Source: the human T2T-CHM13v2.0 reference genome, Homo sapiens
Assembly: GCF_009914755.1 (NCBI RefSeq)
Contig: NC_060939.1
Strand: one strand, 5' to 3'
Length of the DNA stretch: 64,000 nt
The position numbers were made by a program, and so were the translations under genes. Below are positions 61,037 through 64,000 of the stretch, piece after piece. The stretch's first letter is position 1. Each line of letters starts with the position of its first letter. The notes under the pieces are model-generated. The model made no database searches and was not told where the DNA came from. It worked only from the letters and a program-made list of their open reading frames with translations.

Positions 61037-63422
61037 ACATATATGTATGTTTTATATATAATTTATGTTAATATTTTATATACATATTTACATTGCATAT
61101 ATACATTTGTTTATATCTATACATTATACTTTATATGTTTATTATTTGCATATTTTTACTTGTATTTTTCTGTATGTTTTTATGTGTATACAAATATATA
61201 GTTTTTTTTTTTTAAATGAATCCAGGCTTAATAAGTCATATCACATGAGAAGGAATCAAGTTTCCTGGGAACCACAGGGTTTGGACTACGGGAGGTCAGT
61301 GCTGGAGGGAGAAAAGTTTCCAAGAGAACCAAAGGCAAAAGTTGAGGCCACTAGGAAATGCTCCTTCTCTTTCTCTCTCTCTGTCTCACCTGCCTGTGCC
61401 TGTCTGCCCACCCCTAGCCTGACATCTTCATAGGTCCCGAGTGATTTTACATCTCTTCCTCTACTGTTACTTATCTTTTACTTCTTCATGTAATCAACCC
61501 TCATTTCACCAGTTATCGACTTCATTATCACTGGTTTTTTAGATTATCAGTTGAAAAAGTTTTATGTAAAATGATTTGTAAATCATATTTTCCGTTGTCA
61601 TTTCAGAGATATGGTCCAACAGGGGAAAAAAATTGACATATGTAGTAAAAATCACAGACAAAACCTACATCTTTAAGAGAATATTCTCTCTTCGACTGAG
61701 TATGATTTATGTGTATGTGATTCTCCCACTGGACATCTTCAAGAAAAGTTAGCCAAATAGGCAATCAATTAGAAAGGGCACTCCATGTTAAAAGTATATT
61801 TATTATTTATAAACCATCTTTCTTGATCGATTGCCTTCCATTTATTGGTTTTTCTCAATGATGCAATGTAAATTGATGACTTAAGCATTCATACTCATAA
61901 CCATGTGTCCAGATATTCAATGGAAACTGCCTGTAAGCCAGCTAGGCTTCAGCTACTGGGAACAGATCCTCTCTACCCTCCCCTCCTCCATGGTATGGGT
62001 CATTGGTCCTGCCTTGCCCTACATAACTCCACTCCTTAATGACTCCCCAGGTTATGAAGCAGCCTTTTTCAGGACTGACGCTGTCCCGCTTCTCAGCCCT
62101 AGGAGAAGCTCCTAGAACTATATCTGCTCTTGCCCTCTTCCAGCACCAAGCTTCTGCCCAGCACAGGCTTGTCCACATTTTCCTTGACCCCTGGCAGCAG
62201 CTATCTGATCTGTGTGTTTATTTGTCAAATGCTCAGAGCAAAGGATAAAAATATTACTCTTTCTTTAAAATCACATGCTACCATTATGCTAATAGCTGCT
62301 TATGATCTTTTTGGTTCTAGCTTTTCTAGGCAGAGATATCCAGTGGGTTTTGAGGGAAAAGGGGTTCTTTTTTTTCAAGCCCAATATTGTAAGCACTTTG
62401 GCGATCCTATCACATCTTTGAGGCACATTTCTGCCTTGGATTAGCAGGTATGGAAGAACACCACTTTCCAACAATCTGTCACCGAAATCGAGTCTTCCTA
62501 AAACTCAGGTGGAAGCAACTGATAAGGCTCACAGCATCCAAAATTCAAGCCTAAAGGTATTTGAATCCGTTCCAGACCAAGAAACAGCCAAAGCCTGGGA
62601 AACAAAACTAGCAGCACAACCACATGAAAAGTTTTACTAAGTGATACTTATCTTTATGTGCAATGTGCTTTGATATTATCCAGTCTGTTCTATTTTATTT
62701 GTAAAAACCGGTTGCACTCATTAAATTGATTTCACTATTGGGCTGCATCCCATAGTTTTGAAAGCACTGCTTTTACCCATCCTAGCTGAAGAATTAAAGC
62801 TAGTTAATGTCCTCAATAACAGGTTGAGAGTCAAGTAGGAAAAACACTGGAGACCTGGGGCCAAATCCCTGCTCTTCTACTGCCTTGCTAAGCAAGGGAG
62901 GATGCATCGCTGTGCCTCACTTTCCGACTTAAATTGAAGTTGCCTGCTCTAACTCACAGGTCTATTAGAAGGATCTAATGAGATGAAAGACAGGTCTATC
63001 AGAGAGATCTAATGAGGTGAAAGATGGAGAGCACTTTGAAAATTTTCAAGCATCATTCAACTGTAAAGGGGTGGGGTCAGTCATCGAGAAGAAAGAAGGG
63101 CAGAATAATCTGTATTTACACGCTGCTTCTCTACAACTCAGCTGGGTTGCTTCTAGATGAGGCAGAGCCAAGGTGGGAGCTGAAAACAGCTGGGGTCATC
63201 ACTCTGACTAGTCCTAGTGATTGAAACCAACAAGAGGAAGAAAACAAAGGGATACTGACAAAGAGAAGGAATGTGTAGCACATCCTGAAATAAGCATCAT
63301 CTTATTGGCCAGCAATTTACCACTGAGCCACCAGCAACGAGGAACCAATGGCTCAATGTCCTACACTCTAAGATATACCACAGACTCACTCAATACTATT
63401 ACATATAAAAATATATGTCATA

Positions 63423-63834
<412 letters not shown>

Positions 63835-63917
63835 TTATAAAAGGGTTTCAGGATAGCCAGCTAAATGTCAGAAAGGTATATTAATATCTTGGAGATCTAT
63901 TTAGTTCAATACGCTGT

Positions 63918-64000
63918 CTTTTTTTTTTTTTTTTTTTTGAGACAGAGTCTTGCTCTGTCACCAGGCTGGAGTGCAGTGTCACAATCTCGGCTCACTACAA
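63918..64000 (-). mobile_element. Alu (cut by window end)
   Basis: Poly-T followed by GAGACAGAGTCTTGCTCTGTC... Confidence 0.92.

Overview
This is great-ape (human-like) genomic DNA, not a microbial window. The only supportable protein-coding feature is coding exon 1 of FAM174B on the minus strand (ATG at 22001, splice donor after 21664), inside a CpG island. Bases 1-21663 are intron 1; I did not find exon 2 in the window. Bases after about 22.3 kb are upstream sequence filled with Alu, L1, L2, MIR, MaLR/ERV LTRs and hAT DNA transposons. Almost all other ORFs in the track are repeat-derived or chance ORFs. Three things stand out. (1) A young 5'-truncated L1 at 58535-59062 carries a ~360-bp 3' transduction, with two poly(A) tails and a perfect 15-bp target-site duplication (TSD). 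(2) An unrecognised ~1.85-kb element at 44984-46853 has ~330-bp terminal direct repeats, an AATAAA, a degenerate poly(A) and a 15-bp candidate TSD; it looks like an L1-retroposed R-U5...U3-R or tandem-unit transcript. (3) The FAM174B exon differs from the human protein as I remember it (Arg36, two fewer Ser), suggesting a non-human ape or a non-reference haplotype. Repeat subfamily names come from recognising consensus motifs by eye and need RepeatMasker/Dfam confirmation.
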